From: Candidatus Caldarchaeales archaeon
GTDB taxonomy: Archaea > Thermoproteota > Nitrososphaeria_A > Caldarchaeales > Calditenuaceae
NCBI GenBank assembly: GCA_039630085.1
Contig: JBCNVM010000006.1
Span: 1 to 64,000, forward strand
Direction of reading: 5' to 3'
Length of the DNA stretch: 64,000 nt
Under the pieces are notes generated by a model. The model searched no databases. It saw only the letters and a program-made list of their open reading frames with translations, and had not been told where the DNA came from. Position numbers and translations under genes: made by a program. Of this stretch, positions 18,294 to 27,034 are shown one piece after another (positions within the stretch are counted from its first letter, which is position 1; every line of letters starts with the position of its first letter).

Positions 18294-18416
18294 GGCGTCT
18301 ATAATCGGTCGATTCAATATAAAACGGTTCCGCCACGAGAATTAACGATCTCAATCAACACGTGTCGCGGAGAGGCAAAACGGTGTCCGGTCGTGGAGGC
18401 GCTGCACGAGAGGCGA

Positions 18417-18545
18417 TAAGTTCTGCTCTTAAATATGTAACAAAAGCTTTAAATAAGGATTAAATGAAGATATGAATCAGACGCATAAACTGTTTATACA
18501 ATCTATATGCAATATTTAAATCTAAACCAAAATCCTCTATTGCAG
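18417..18545. promoter_or_regulatory. Strongly AT-rich divergent regulatory region
   Basis: Several TATA-like boxes, palindrome ATAAAC-T-GTTTAT (18485-18497), and inverted repeat TGCAATA (18508-18514) / TATTGCA (18538-18544) flanking ATTTAAAT. Confidence 0.6.
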
Positions 18546-18547
18546 CC

Positions 18548-18751
18548 ATGGCGGTCGTGCAGAACCAGGTCAGGAAGGAGGAGAAGGTCGTCACGAGGAG
18601 GAGCTACGCGGCCGGCTACAGGTACTGCTCGAGGTGCAGGGTCTACCACCTGACCGACAGCGTGAGGTGCCCGTACTGCGGGATCCTCCTGAGGAACTCT
18701 CCGAGGAAGAAGAAGCCGGTGGACCCGTCGAAGTACGTCAGAATCGAGTGA
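18548..18751 (+). CDS. Small basic C4 zinc-finger protein
   Basis: YCSRC..RCPYCGILLRNSPRKKK; host-like codon usage; follows a TATA box. Confidence 0.75.
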   Translation: MAVVQNQVRKEEKVVTRRSYAAGYRYCSRCRVYHLTDSVRCPYCGILLRNSPRKKKPVDPSKYVRIE

Positions 18752-18824
18752 GCTCGAGCGGAGCGGGACGACGGACCGAGGAGCCCGATAAGCTATTAGA
18801 CGACTCGGAAGCCCTCACGGCGGA

Positions 18825-20090
18825 GTGTGGGAGGAGGAGTACAAGCGGAGGTACGTCTTCGGGGCCGACTACGGGACCAGCGACTACAAGTACGGTCCGA
18901 TAACGCTCGGCGAGAGGCCGCAGGTGACCGAGAACAGGGGCTACTTCCCTGAGCCTTCTATCGTCTCGAGGATAATGGGCGTCGAGAGGGAGGTCGTGGT
19001 GGGGAAGGACGTCGTGCTCTTCCTCGAGAGCGGCGCCGACCTGCTGAGCAGGATGGTCTACCCGATGAGGAGCGGGATAGTGGGCAAGGACGACGTCAGG
19101 GCCTGGAAGGTGATCAGGGAGCTGACGAGGGCCTCGCTGGAGGAGTTCAGGCCGAAGGGCGTCGGGTTCAACGGGTTCTACGTCGTGGCGGCGCTCTCGG
19201 CGGTCGCGCCCAAGTACATGTACGAGCGGCTCTTCGAGGTCCACTCGGAGCTCGCGAAAGAGGGACTTGTCCACTCCTCGACGATCATACCGCAGCCCCT
19301 CGCCGTCGCCATCGCCCACAAGGCGACCTCCTGCGTCGTCGTGGAGAGCGGTCACGGGAACACCCAGGTCACGCCGATCTCGAGGGCCCCGATCAGGGGA
19401 GCGGTTGTGGCCCTGAACAGGGGCGGGGCCGACGCGAACGCGATCACCGCGGAGATCCTCAAGGACGCGGGGTACGGCGACCTAGCGAGGGAGGAGGCGC
19501 TCGTGAGGAGGGTGAAGGAGCAGCTGGGCCTTCTGCCGCTCGACCTCGACAGGGCGGTCTCGTTCGCGAGGTCCAACCCCTCCTTAGTCAGGAAGGCGAT
19601 CAAAGTTCCTGGGACCAGGATCAGGATCGACCTGGGGGAGAACTCCTGGGCGAGGTTCCTGATCGGCGAGTACGTCTTCGACCCGAACAAGGAGGTCTTC
19701 GAGAGCTACTTCAAGCGCGGGATGCCGAGGCCGAAGGACGTGAAGTTCGGCGACACCGTCTTCTACGGGACGACGACCGTTGCGGACGCGATCATCTCCG
19801 CGGTCGAGAGGTGCCCGGTGGAGCTTCAGCCCTACCTCTACTCGCAGGTAATCCTCTCGGGAGGGAACCTCTCGTGGTCGGTCCCGCAGGAGCTGAAGGG
19901 CGTTGCCTCCGACGCGGCCACCAGGGTCAAGAAGGACCTCTCGGAGAGGGGCGTGGAGAACGTCACCGTCAGGTCCTCCGAGGAGCCCCAGTTCACGGTC
20001 TGGAGGGGCTGCATCGTCTTCGGGTACTCGGTGCCCGCGAACTACGAGTGGTCCTGGGAGAGGATGGAGGGGTGGATGGGGTTCAGGTGA
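18825..20090 (+). CDS. Crenactin (archaeal actin)
   Basis: FGADYGTSDYKYGPI, VAALSAVAPKYMY, PQPLAVAIA, VESGHGNTQV, ALNRGGADANAITAEILKD, ILSGG, EPQFTVWRG and terminal EGW all match crenactin as I recall it. Confidence 0.93.
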   Translation: MWEEEYKRRYVFGADYGTSDYKYGPITLGERPQVTENRGYFPEPSIVSRIMGVEREVVVGKDVVLFLESGADLLSRMVYPMRSGIVGKDDVRAWKVIRELTRASLEEFRPKGVGFNGFYVVAALSAVAPKYMYERLFEVHSELAKEGLVHSSTIIPQPLAVAIAHKATSCVVVESGHGNTQVTPISRAPIRGAVVALNRGGADANAITAEILKDAGYGDLAREEALVRRVKEQLGLLPLDLDRAVSFARSNPSLVRKAIKVPGTRIRIDLGENSWARFLIGEYVFDPNKEVFESYFKRGMPRPKDVKFGDTVFYGTTTVADAIISAVERCPVELQPYLYSQVILSGGNLSWSVPQELKGVASDAATRVKKDLSERGVENVTVRSSEEPQFTVWRGCIVFGYSVPANYEWSWERMEGWMGFR

Positions 20091-20096
20091 GGCCCC

Positions 20097-21140
20097 TTGG
20101 GGTGCGACGTGCTCTTCGACGTCCTCACCCCGAAGCAGGCCCTCTTCTTCTGGGCCGTCGGCCAGGAGCTCAGGGCCCGGGGCATCGAGGTCTCCTACGT
20201 TGCCAGGGAATACGAGCAGCTGGACTGGGTCGAGCGTGAGCTCCGGCTCGGGGCCCTGAAGGTCGGGAGGTTCGGCGAGGAGGGGCTCGAGGGGAAGCTG
20301 GTCGCGAGCACCGAGAGGCAGGCGGCCCTCATCGGGGTCCTCAGGGAGCTCAGGCCGAGGCTCACGGCCTCGAGCGGGTCTATCGAGCTCTGCAGGGTCG
20401 CTTACGGCCTCGCGGTCAGGCACTACCTCGCCTCCGACACGCCCCACTCGCCGGTGAACAGGGTCTGCGTCCCGCTCTCCGACTTGGTCGCGACGCCCCG
20501 CTACATACCCATCGGGGAGTGGAGGAGGTGGGCGACGCCCTCGACCGAGTTCCTGAGGTACGGGGCCCTCGACCCGATCGCTTGGATCAGGAGGCTGGAG
20601 GACTCGGCGCAACGGAGCCCGGGGAGGAGGTACGTCCTCGTCAGGCCGCCGGAGAGGAAGGCGAGCTACCTCCAATCGAGGGGCTTGGAGGGGACATCGG
20701 CGGTGATCCGGGCCCTCAGCTCCAACTACGAGGGCGAGGTGCTGGTAGTCGCGAGGTACAGGGACGACGCCCCCCTTCTCTCAGGGGCCTCGGGAGATCG
20801 GGTGAAGGTGCTGAACGAGCCGACGCTGCTGCTGCCGCTGATCGCCGGCGCCGACGCGGTCTTCTCCGGCGGCGGGACCACGGCCCAAGAGGCCGCGCTG
20901 CTCGGCGTCCCTACGTTCACCTTCTACCCCGGGGAGATGCCCGCCGTCCACAGGTTCCTAATCAGGCGAGGATTGTTGAGGGAGGTCGAACCCGAGGAGC
21001 GCTCGGTCTCGGCTGCGATCGAGCTCGCGGGGGATGCCGGGTTCAGGAGGAGGCTCCGGGAGAGGGCGAGGAGGCTGAGGGACTCGATGGAGGACCCCGC
21101 CGAGGCCCTCGCGAACGCCATCGCCGCTGGACTGGAGTAG
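20097..21140 (+). CDS. DUF354 family GT-B glycosyltransferase-like protein
   Basis: FDVLTPKQALFF, VRPPERKASY, GGGTTAQEAALLGVPT. Confidence 0.82.
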   Translation: MGCDVLFDVLTPKQALFFWAVGQELRARGIEVSYVAREYEQLDWVERELRLGALKVGRFGEEGLEGKLVASTERQAALIGVLRELRPRLTASSGSIELCRVAYGLAVRHYLASDTPHSPVNRVCVPLSDLVATPRYIPIGEWRRWATPSTEFLRYGALDPIAWIRRLEDSAQRSPGRRYVLVRPPERKASYLQSRGLEGTSAVIRALSSNYEGEVLVVARYRDDAPLLSGASGDRVKVLNEPTLLLPLIAGADAVFSGGGTTAQEAALLGVPTFTFYPGEMPAVHRFLIRRGLLREVEPEERSVSAAIELAGDAGFRRRLRERARRLRDSMEDPAEALANAIAAGLE

Positions 21141-21182
21141 CTTGATGGACCGGCGATTCGGGTCGCTACTCGGTGGTGGGCG

Positions 21183-22487
21183 CTGAGGGTCTTCGCTGAC
21201 CTGCAGATCCACTCGAGGTACTCGGGGGCCACCTCGACCAAGATGACCTTGGACGAGCTCGTCTACTACGCCGACCTCAAGGGAATAGACCTGATGGGTA
21301 CCGGCGACGCCCTTCACCCGCTATGGCTGAGGGAGCTGACCGAGAACACAACGGAGGTCTCGCGGGGCATCTACGCGTACAGGGGAGGAGGGAGGGTGAG
21401 GTTCGTGGCCCAGACGGAGGTCGCGACCGTCCACGACTACGCCGGGAAGACGAGGAAGATCCACCACGTGATCCTGATGCCGAGCCTCGAGGTCGCGGGC
21501 CAGCTCTCGGACGCGCTGAGGAGGTACGGGAACGTCGATTCAGACGGGAGGCCGGTGCTGAACGTCAGGCCGAGCGAGCTGGTCGAGGTCGTCCTCCAGA
21601 CCGACCCCAGGTGCTACGTCTTCCCCGCCCACGCCTGGACTCCTTGGTGGTCGATCTTCGGGGCCTTCAGCGGCGTCGACTCGGTCGAGGAGTGCTACGA
21701 GGACAAGTCCGACCGGATCCGCGCGATCGAGACCGGTCTGAGCAGCGACCCCCCGATGAACTGGAGGGTGAGCGCGCTGGACCGATACCTCCTGATCAGC
21801 TCCTCCGACTCCCACAGCCCCTACCCCTACCGCATAGGGAGGGAGATGGTCGTCCTCGAGCTGGAGGACCTCTCCTACGACAGCCTCCACGCGGCCCTCT
21901 CCCGCTCCCCGGGCCCCTCGAGGGCCGTCATGACGGTCGAGGTCCCTCCGAGCTACGGGAAGTACCACTGGTCGGGGCACAGGAGGTGCGGCGTGGGCCC
22001 GCTGAGCCCGAAGGAAGCGAGGAGGCTGAACTACGTCTGCCCGAGGTGCGGCAGGAGGCTCACGAAGGGCGTCGAGGACAGGGTCGAGGAGCTCGCCGAC
22101 AGGCCGGAGGGCTACAGGCCGGAGGGCGCACTGGACTTCGTCTACCTGCTGCCGCTTCAGGAGCTGATCGCCCTTAGCAGGGGAGAGGACCCGAACTCGG
22201 TCAACCTGATGTCGAAGGCGATATGGGGCGAGTACGTGAGGCTGGTGGGGTCCTTCGGGAGCGAAGTCCGAGTGCTCCTCGAGGCGCCAGTCGAGGAGAT
22301 CGCGAGGCTCAACGACTCTATCCTCGCGCGGCTGATCGAGAGGATGAGGAGGAACCGGCTTGAGGTCGTGCCAGGATACGACGGCGTCTACGGAAGGGTC
22401 AAGCTGCCTGAGGGCATCGGCGCTAGGAGGAGGGCGCCTGAGTCCGGGGCTGGGAAGAGGAGGACTAAGACCCTCGACGATTACTGA
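21183..22487 (+). CDS. endoQ: Endonuclease Q family (PHP domain plus Zn finger); probable CTG start
   Basis: FADLQIHSRYSGATS (upstream of the track ATG at 21243), GTGDALHP, PAHAWTPW, ETGLSSD, SDSHS, GKYHWSGHRRC, CPRCG..KGV, PGYDGVYG. Confidence 0.85.
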   Translation: MRVFADLQIHSRYSGATSTKMTLDELVYYADLKGIDLMGTGDALHPLWLRELTENTTEVSRGIYAYRGGGRVRFVAQTEVATVHDYAGKTRKIHHVILMPSLEVAGQLSDALRRYGNVDSDGRPVLNVRPSELVEVVLQTDPRCYVFPAHAWTPWWSIFGAFSGVDSVEECYEDKSDRIRAIETGLSSDPPMNWRVSALDRYLLISSSDSHSPYPYRIGREMVVLELEDLSYDSLHAALSRSPGPSRAVMTVEVPPSYGKYHWSGHRRCGVGPLSPKEARRLNYVCPRCGRRLTKGVEDRVEELADRPEGYRPEGALDFVYLLPLQELIALSRGEDPNSVNLMSKAIWGEYVRLVGSFGSEVRVLLEAPVEEIARLNDSILARLIERMRRNRLEVVPGYDGVYGRVKLPEGIGARRRAPESGAGKRRTKTLDDY

Positions 22488-22502
22488 CGTGAAACCCTGT
22501 GG

Positions 22503-24407
22503 TTAGGCGAGCCTTAGGGAGTCGAGGTTGTTCGGCGCGTAGACCGAGGCCCCCGGAACCACCTTCCTCGCGACCGGGTACATGGCCTGGATCGCCTCGG
22601 GCTCACCGTGGAGGAGGACGACGTTCCTGGGCCTGGTGGAGACCCGCTTGAGGTAGTTGATCAGCTGCTGCCTGCTCGAGTGGCCCGAGAACCCGTCGAC
22701 CTTGTCGACCTTCATCCTCACCGTCAGGGCCTCGAACTTCCCCTCCTCGTTCATCACCTGGACCTCCCTCATCCCCTTCAGGATCTTCCTCCCGAGGGTG
22801 CCCTCGACCTGATAGCTGACAAACTGCAGCAGGTTCCGCTCGTCGCCGCAGAGCTTCCTGAAGTACACGAGGACCGGACCTCCCTCCATCATGCCCGAGG
22901 TCGCGAGGATGATGGCGGACTCCGTCGACTGGAGGACCTCCTCCCTCTGGTGGGGGCTCCTGACCAGCGTGAAGTAGTCGGAGAGGAAGACGTTCCCCAC
23001 CTGCTCCATCTCGGCCTGGAGCTTGGCCGACATGTACTCGGGAAACGTCATGTGGATCGCGGTGGACTCGATGAGGAGTCCGTCGAGGAAGACCGGGACC
23101 TCAGGGATCACCTTCTGCTCGAAGAGCCTCCTGATCACCAGCATGATCTCCTGGGCCCTCCCGACCGCCGGAACGGGTATCAGGACCTGCCCTCCCTCCC
23201 TCACGGTCTGGGATATCCTCTCGCCGAGCATCCTGACGCTCTCCTCCCTCGTGTAGGGGACCGGAGTCGCGCCGTAGGTGCTCTCGAGTATCAGCGTCTC
23301 GACCCTCGGGAACTTCGTGACCGCGGGGCTCAGCATCTCGGTCTCCTCGTACTTGAAGTCGCCGGTGTAGACGACGTTGTGAAACCCGTCGTTGACGTGG
23401 AGGTGCGCTATCGCGGAGCCTATGATGTGGCCGGCGTTGTAGAACGTCAGCCTCATGTCTGGGGTTATGTTGGTGACCACGCCGTACCTGAGCGTGACCG
23501 TGTACTGCGCGACCGTCCTAATGTCGTGCTCTGAGTAGGGCGCGAACTCCCCCTCCTTCCCCATCAGGTTGAGGTAGTCGAGGTGCTCCATGATCATCAG
23601 GGGCAGCGTCGGCTCCGTCATGTAGACCGGGCCCCTGTAGCCGTACTTGAAGAGAAGCGGGAGGGCCCCGTGGTGGTCCATGTGGGAGTGCGTTACGACG
23701 ACCGCGTCCAGCTCCTCGATCAGGTCCGGGTGGGCGTCGAACCTCGGGAAGACGTCGTGGATCTTGGTCGCGCCGGCGTTGATGCCCGCGTCGAGTAGGA
23801 CCGTGCTCTCCTTCGTCTTGACCAGCAGGCAGGACCTCCCGACCTGCATAGCGCCCCCGAGGAACGTGACGACGACCTCGCTGTCCTGGAAGAGCCTGTC
23901 CCTGAAGACCCTCTCGCCGATCGACCTGAGGATCTCTATCCGCTCGGGCCCGGCCCCGTAGATGTACTTGCTCACCTTCTCGACGGTCGTCGAGGTCATC
24001 GGCGGAGCCCTCCTCACCGTCACGACCCACCTGAGCCTGTTCTCGAGGTCGGCCACGACGGCCTCGTCGATCGGGACCACAACGTCCTTCGTCTTGATGG
24101 TGACGATCGCCTCGCCCAGCTCCTCGTCGACCCGGAGGCTGTACTGGTGGCCCGCGAACGCCTCAGCGACCGCGGCCTCCACCTCCTCCCTCGGAGCCCT
24201 TATCGAGGGGTCAGGCCTGATCACGACCCTCTTCTTGATCATGCTGACCAGCTCCCTCGCGATCCTGTTCCTGTCCGCGAAGACTTCCGGCCTGTCGGTG
24301 TAGATCGCGATCCTCGGCCCCTCGTAGTCTATCTTCGTCGCGACGCGCTGTCCTTGACCCACCGTCGCTAGATAGCCTAAGATCTCGTCCCTGATCGGGC
24401 TAAACAT
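22503..24407 (-). CDS. fttA: beta-CASP ribonuclease aCPSF1 (FttA transcription termination factor)
   Basis: N-terminal KH region (YEGPRIAIY..IKKRVVIRPD), VGRSC, THSHMDH, NAGHIIG, ESTYG, AVGRAQE, FSGHS, HGE. Confidence 0.95.
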   Translation of the reverse strand: MFSPIRDEILGYLATVGQGQRVATKIDYEGPRIAIYTDRPEVFADRNRIARELVSMIKKRVVIRPDPSIRAPREEVEAAVAEAFAGHQYSLRVDEELGEAIVTIKTKDVVVPIDEAVVADLENRLRWVVTVRRAPPMTSTTVEKVSKYIYGAGPERIEILRSIGERVFRDRLFQDSEVVVTFLGGAMQVGRSCLLVKTKESTVLLDAGINAGATKIHDVFPRFDAHPDLIEELDAVVVTHSHMDHHGALPLLFKYGYRGPVYMTEPTLPLMIMEHLDYLNLMGKEGEFAPYSEHDIRTVAQYTVTLRYGVVTNITPDMRLTFYNAGHIIGSAIAHLHVNDGFHNVVYTGDFKYEETEMLSPAVTKFPRVETLILESTYGATPVPYTREESVRMLGERISQTVREGGQVLIPVPAVGRAQEIMLVIRRLFEQKVIPEVPVFLDGLLIESTAIHMTFPEYMSAKLQAEMEQVGNVFLSDYFTLVRSPHQREEVLQSTESAIILATSGMMEGGPVLVYFRKLCGDERNLLQFVSYQVEGTLGRKILKGMREVQVMNEEGKFEALTVRMKVDKVDGFSGHSSRQQLINYLKRVSTRPRNVVLLHGEPEAIQAMYPVARKVVPGASVYAPNNLDSLRLA

Positions 24408-24665
24408 GAGCTTTCTTTCACCTTCTGGGCGACAGCCCGAACTGAACCCACTCCGTCTTTATTTAAGTGTAAATCGGCGGACTTTCGCCCCGTTTGGCGC
24501 TCGCATCGCCGGTTCGCGTCCGCGCTCACCACCCCGATGACGCCGGAGGGGGCACGGCGTCGTCACGGCACCCGCTGAGCCGACGCGCCGAGGACCGGAC
24601 CAGAGCAGCTCCGGCCCTCCTCGGGACGGTTTATCTCCAAGCGAGGCGCGGAATGTGGACCGAAA

Positions 24666-25997
24666 TTGCAGGACGAAGTGGTAAGCGTGACTAGGGCCCA
24701 CCTCTTCGGGACCTGGAGGAAGCAGAGGGGCTGGACGCCCCTCAACGTCGTGAAGGGGGAAGGCTGTTACGTCCTGGACGCCTCGGGGAGGTCTATCCTG
24801 GACTTCTCCTCGATGCTGGTCTGCGTCAACCTGGGATACTCGAACAGGGCGATATCGGAGGCGGTGGCGTCGCAGATCGGAACCCTGCCCTACGTGATAC
24901 CCTTCATGACCACCGGCGTGAAGGCCGAAGTCGCGCGGCTCCTGAAGGAGGTCCTTCCGGAGGGCCTCGAGAAGTTCTTCTTCTCGACGTCGGGGACGGA
25001 CGCGGTCGAGGCCGCGATCAAGATCGCGAGGCTGAAGACCGGCAGGCCCAAGATCCTCTCGAGGTACGTCTCCTACCACGGGTCCACGACGGGTTCCATC
25101 GCGGCCAGCGGCGAGGTGAGGAGGTGGTTCGTCGAGCACTTCGGGAAGGCCGGAGACGTCGTCTTCGCCCCGCCGCCCTACTGTTACAGGTGCCCGTTCA
25201 AGCTGAAGTACCCCGACTGCGGAATCGCCTGCGTCGAGGTCATCGACCACATAATCAAGAACGAGTTCGGGATAGCGGGGATCCTCTTCGAGCCCGTGGT
25301 GGGCACTAACGGCGTGATAGTCCCTCCGGACGGGTACATGGAGAGGCTCCAGGAGATAGCGAGGGAGAACGACGTCCTCCTCATCGACGACGAGGTGATG
25401 ACCGGATGGTTCAGGACCGGGAAGTGGTTCGCGGTCGAGCACTGGGGCGTCAAGCCCGACATCCTCGTCACAGCTAAAGGCCTCACCTCCGCATACGTCC
25501 CGCTCGCGCTCACCGCTGTCAGCAGGGAGATCGCCGAGCACTTCGAGGACAACTTCTTCGCCCACGGCCACACGTACGAGGCCCATCCGGTGGCGCTAGC
25601 CGCCGCGAAGGCCGCGATCCAGGAGTACCGGAGGCTGAGGATTTGGGAGAACGTCGAGAGGGTCGGGAAATACTTGGGCAGAAGGCTGAGGGAGCTGGAG
25701 GAGAGGCACCGGTCGGTGGGAGAGGTGAGGGGGATCGGCATGTTCTGGGCGATCGACCTCACTAGGGACAGGAGCACGAGGGAGCCCTTCAACGTCTACT
25801 CGGACAAGTACGCGGGGAACTCGACGATGGCCGAGAGGTTGGCGGCGGAGGCGCTCAAGCGGGGCGTCTACGTCCTAGGCTACGTCAACAACCTCGTGAT
25901 CGCTCCGCCCCTCATCGCGACCGAGGCCGACGTCGACAGGGGAGTTGCGGTCCTGGACGAGGTCCTCCGCGTCTCGGACCAGGAGGCGAGGGGCTGA
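24666..25997 (+). CDS. Class III PLP aminotransferase (taurine/beta-alanine-pyruvate-like)
   Basis: SGTDAVE, SYHGST, DEVMTGWFRTG, PDILVTAKGLTS, GHTY. Confidence 0.92.
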   Translation: MQDEVVSVTRAHLFGTWRKQRGWTPLNVVKGEGCYVLDASGRSILDFSSMLVCVNLGYSNRAISEAVASQIGTLPYVIPFMTTGVKAEVARLLKEVLPEGLEKFFFSTSGTDAVEAAIKIARLKTGRPKILSRYVSYHGSTTGSIAASGEVRRWFVEHFGKAGDVVFAPPPYCYRCPFKLKYPDCGIACVEVIDHIIKNEFGIAGILFEPVVGTNGVIVPPDGYMERLQEIARENDVLLIDDEVMTGWFRTGKWFAVEHWGVKPDILVTAKGLTSAYVPLALTAVSREIAEHFEDNFFAHGHTYEAHPVALAAAKAAIQEYRRLRIWENVERVGKYLGRRLRELEERHRSVGEVRGIGMFWAIDLTRDRSTREPFNVYSDKYAGNSTMAERLAAEALKRGVYVLGYVNNLVIAPPLIATEADVDRGVAVLDEVLRVSDQEARG

Positions 25998-25998
25998 C

Positions 25999-26919
25999 TC
26001 AGGCCACCGACAACATCAGGTACGAGACGACTATCGAGACGTAGATCAGCGAGAAGGAGATCAGCGCGGCCACGTGCCACCTCATCCTCCTCACGTAGGA
26101 GAGGCCGGCCGCGAAGACGAGGAACGACCCCATCTGAGCTATCACTAGGATCAGGTTCGCGGTGACGCTGTTCGGGAGCGGGAACGCGGCCTCGAACTGC
26201 CCGAGCCTCAGGACCCTGTCGACGAAGGCCGCTGCGGGGTATAGTGACATCGGGAGGAGCCCGAGCGGCAACAGGGCCAGCATCTGCCTCCACTGCCCCC
26301 CGAACGTGATCAGCGACGCGAGGAGCCCCTTCACCCCCTTGAACCTGTCGGGCGTCCTGCCCGAGAGGCGCTCGTAGACCTCGGAGAGGGCCGAGAAGTA
26401 CCCGTAGGTGAGGAGGGCCGTGGCCGCGAGGCAGGCCGCGAGGCCGTCGACCGTGAAGTGCTTGAACTTGTACACGTGGAGGATCAGGATGACGAACTTG
26501 CCGTTCAGCAGGAGCGCCACCAGCACGGCCGCCGAGAGGGCCGCCGTCAGCGCCCCGATCCTCGGCCTCTCCACGAAGGGGCCGATCAGCCACGTGGGGA
26601 CGAAGACCTGGCTCAGCAGCTCGATCGCCCTGCTCCGCCTCTGCTCAATTTCCTCGAAGGAGAGGTCGTCCCTCGTCTTCAGGTACCTGTAGACCTGCTC
26701 CCCGAGCTTGGTGAGGACGTAGTTCCGCTTGTCGTCCTGGGCCACGAGGTCCCTCAGCTGCCTGAGGTTGTAGTAGAGGGAGCCCGTGCTTATTCCGAGC
26801 CTCTCCCTCAGGGCGACCGCGCCTATCCTCCCCGAGTCGCCGACGACCTCGATGATCCTCCGCCTGATGCGGTGCCGGAGCAGCCACAAGAGCTCCCGCT
26901 CGTCGATGCCTTCAGCCAA
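25999..26919 (-). CDS. Membrane-anchored winged-HTH (ArsR-like) protein
   Basis: LRHRIRRRII..LRERLGISTGSLYYNLRQL..YVLTKLG followed by about six hydrophobic segments. Confidence 0.75.
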   Translation of the reverse strand: MAEGIDERELLWLLRHRIRRRIIEVVGDSGRIGAVALRERLGISTGSLYYNLRQLRDLVAQDDKRNYVLTKLGEQVYRYLKTRDDLSFEEIEQRRSRAIELLSQVFVPTWLIGPFVERPRIGALTAALSAAVLVALLLNGKFVILILHVYKFKHFTVDGLAACLAATALLTYGYFSALSEVYERLSGRTPDRFKGVKGLLASLITFGGQWRQMLALLPLGLLPMSLYPAAAFVDRVLRLGQFEAAFPLPNSVTANLILVIAQMGSFLVFAAGLSYVRRMRWHVAALISFSLIYVSIVVSYLMLSVA

Positions 26920-27034
26920 AATCTCCGCACCAACGGGTGACCGGGTCCGCTGGATATTTACCGTTATTCGGCCGGAGCCTCACAACGTAGCCTCGAATGA
27001 CCTTAAGAGAAGGCTCCGGACCCGCACGTCGGGA

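Noticed and set aside
18417-18545. Replication origin
   Set aside because: AT-rich, but I found no ORB repeats and there is no adjacent orc1/cdc6; a divergent promoter explains it.
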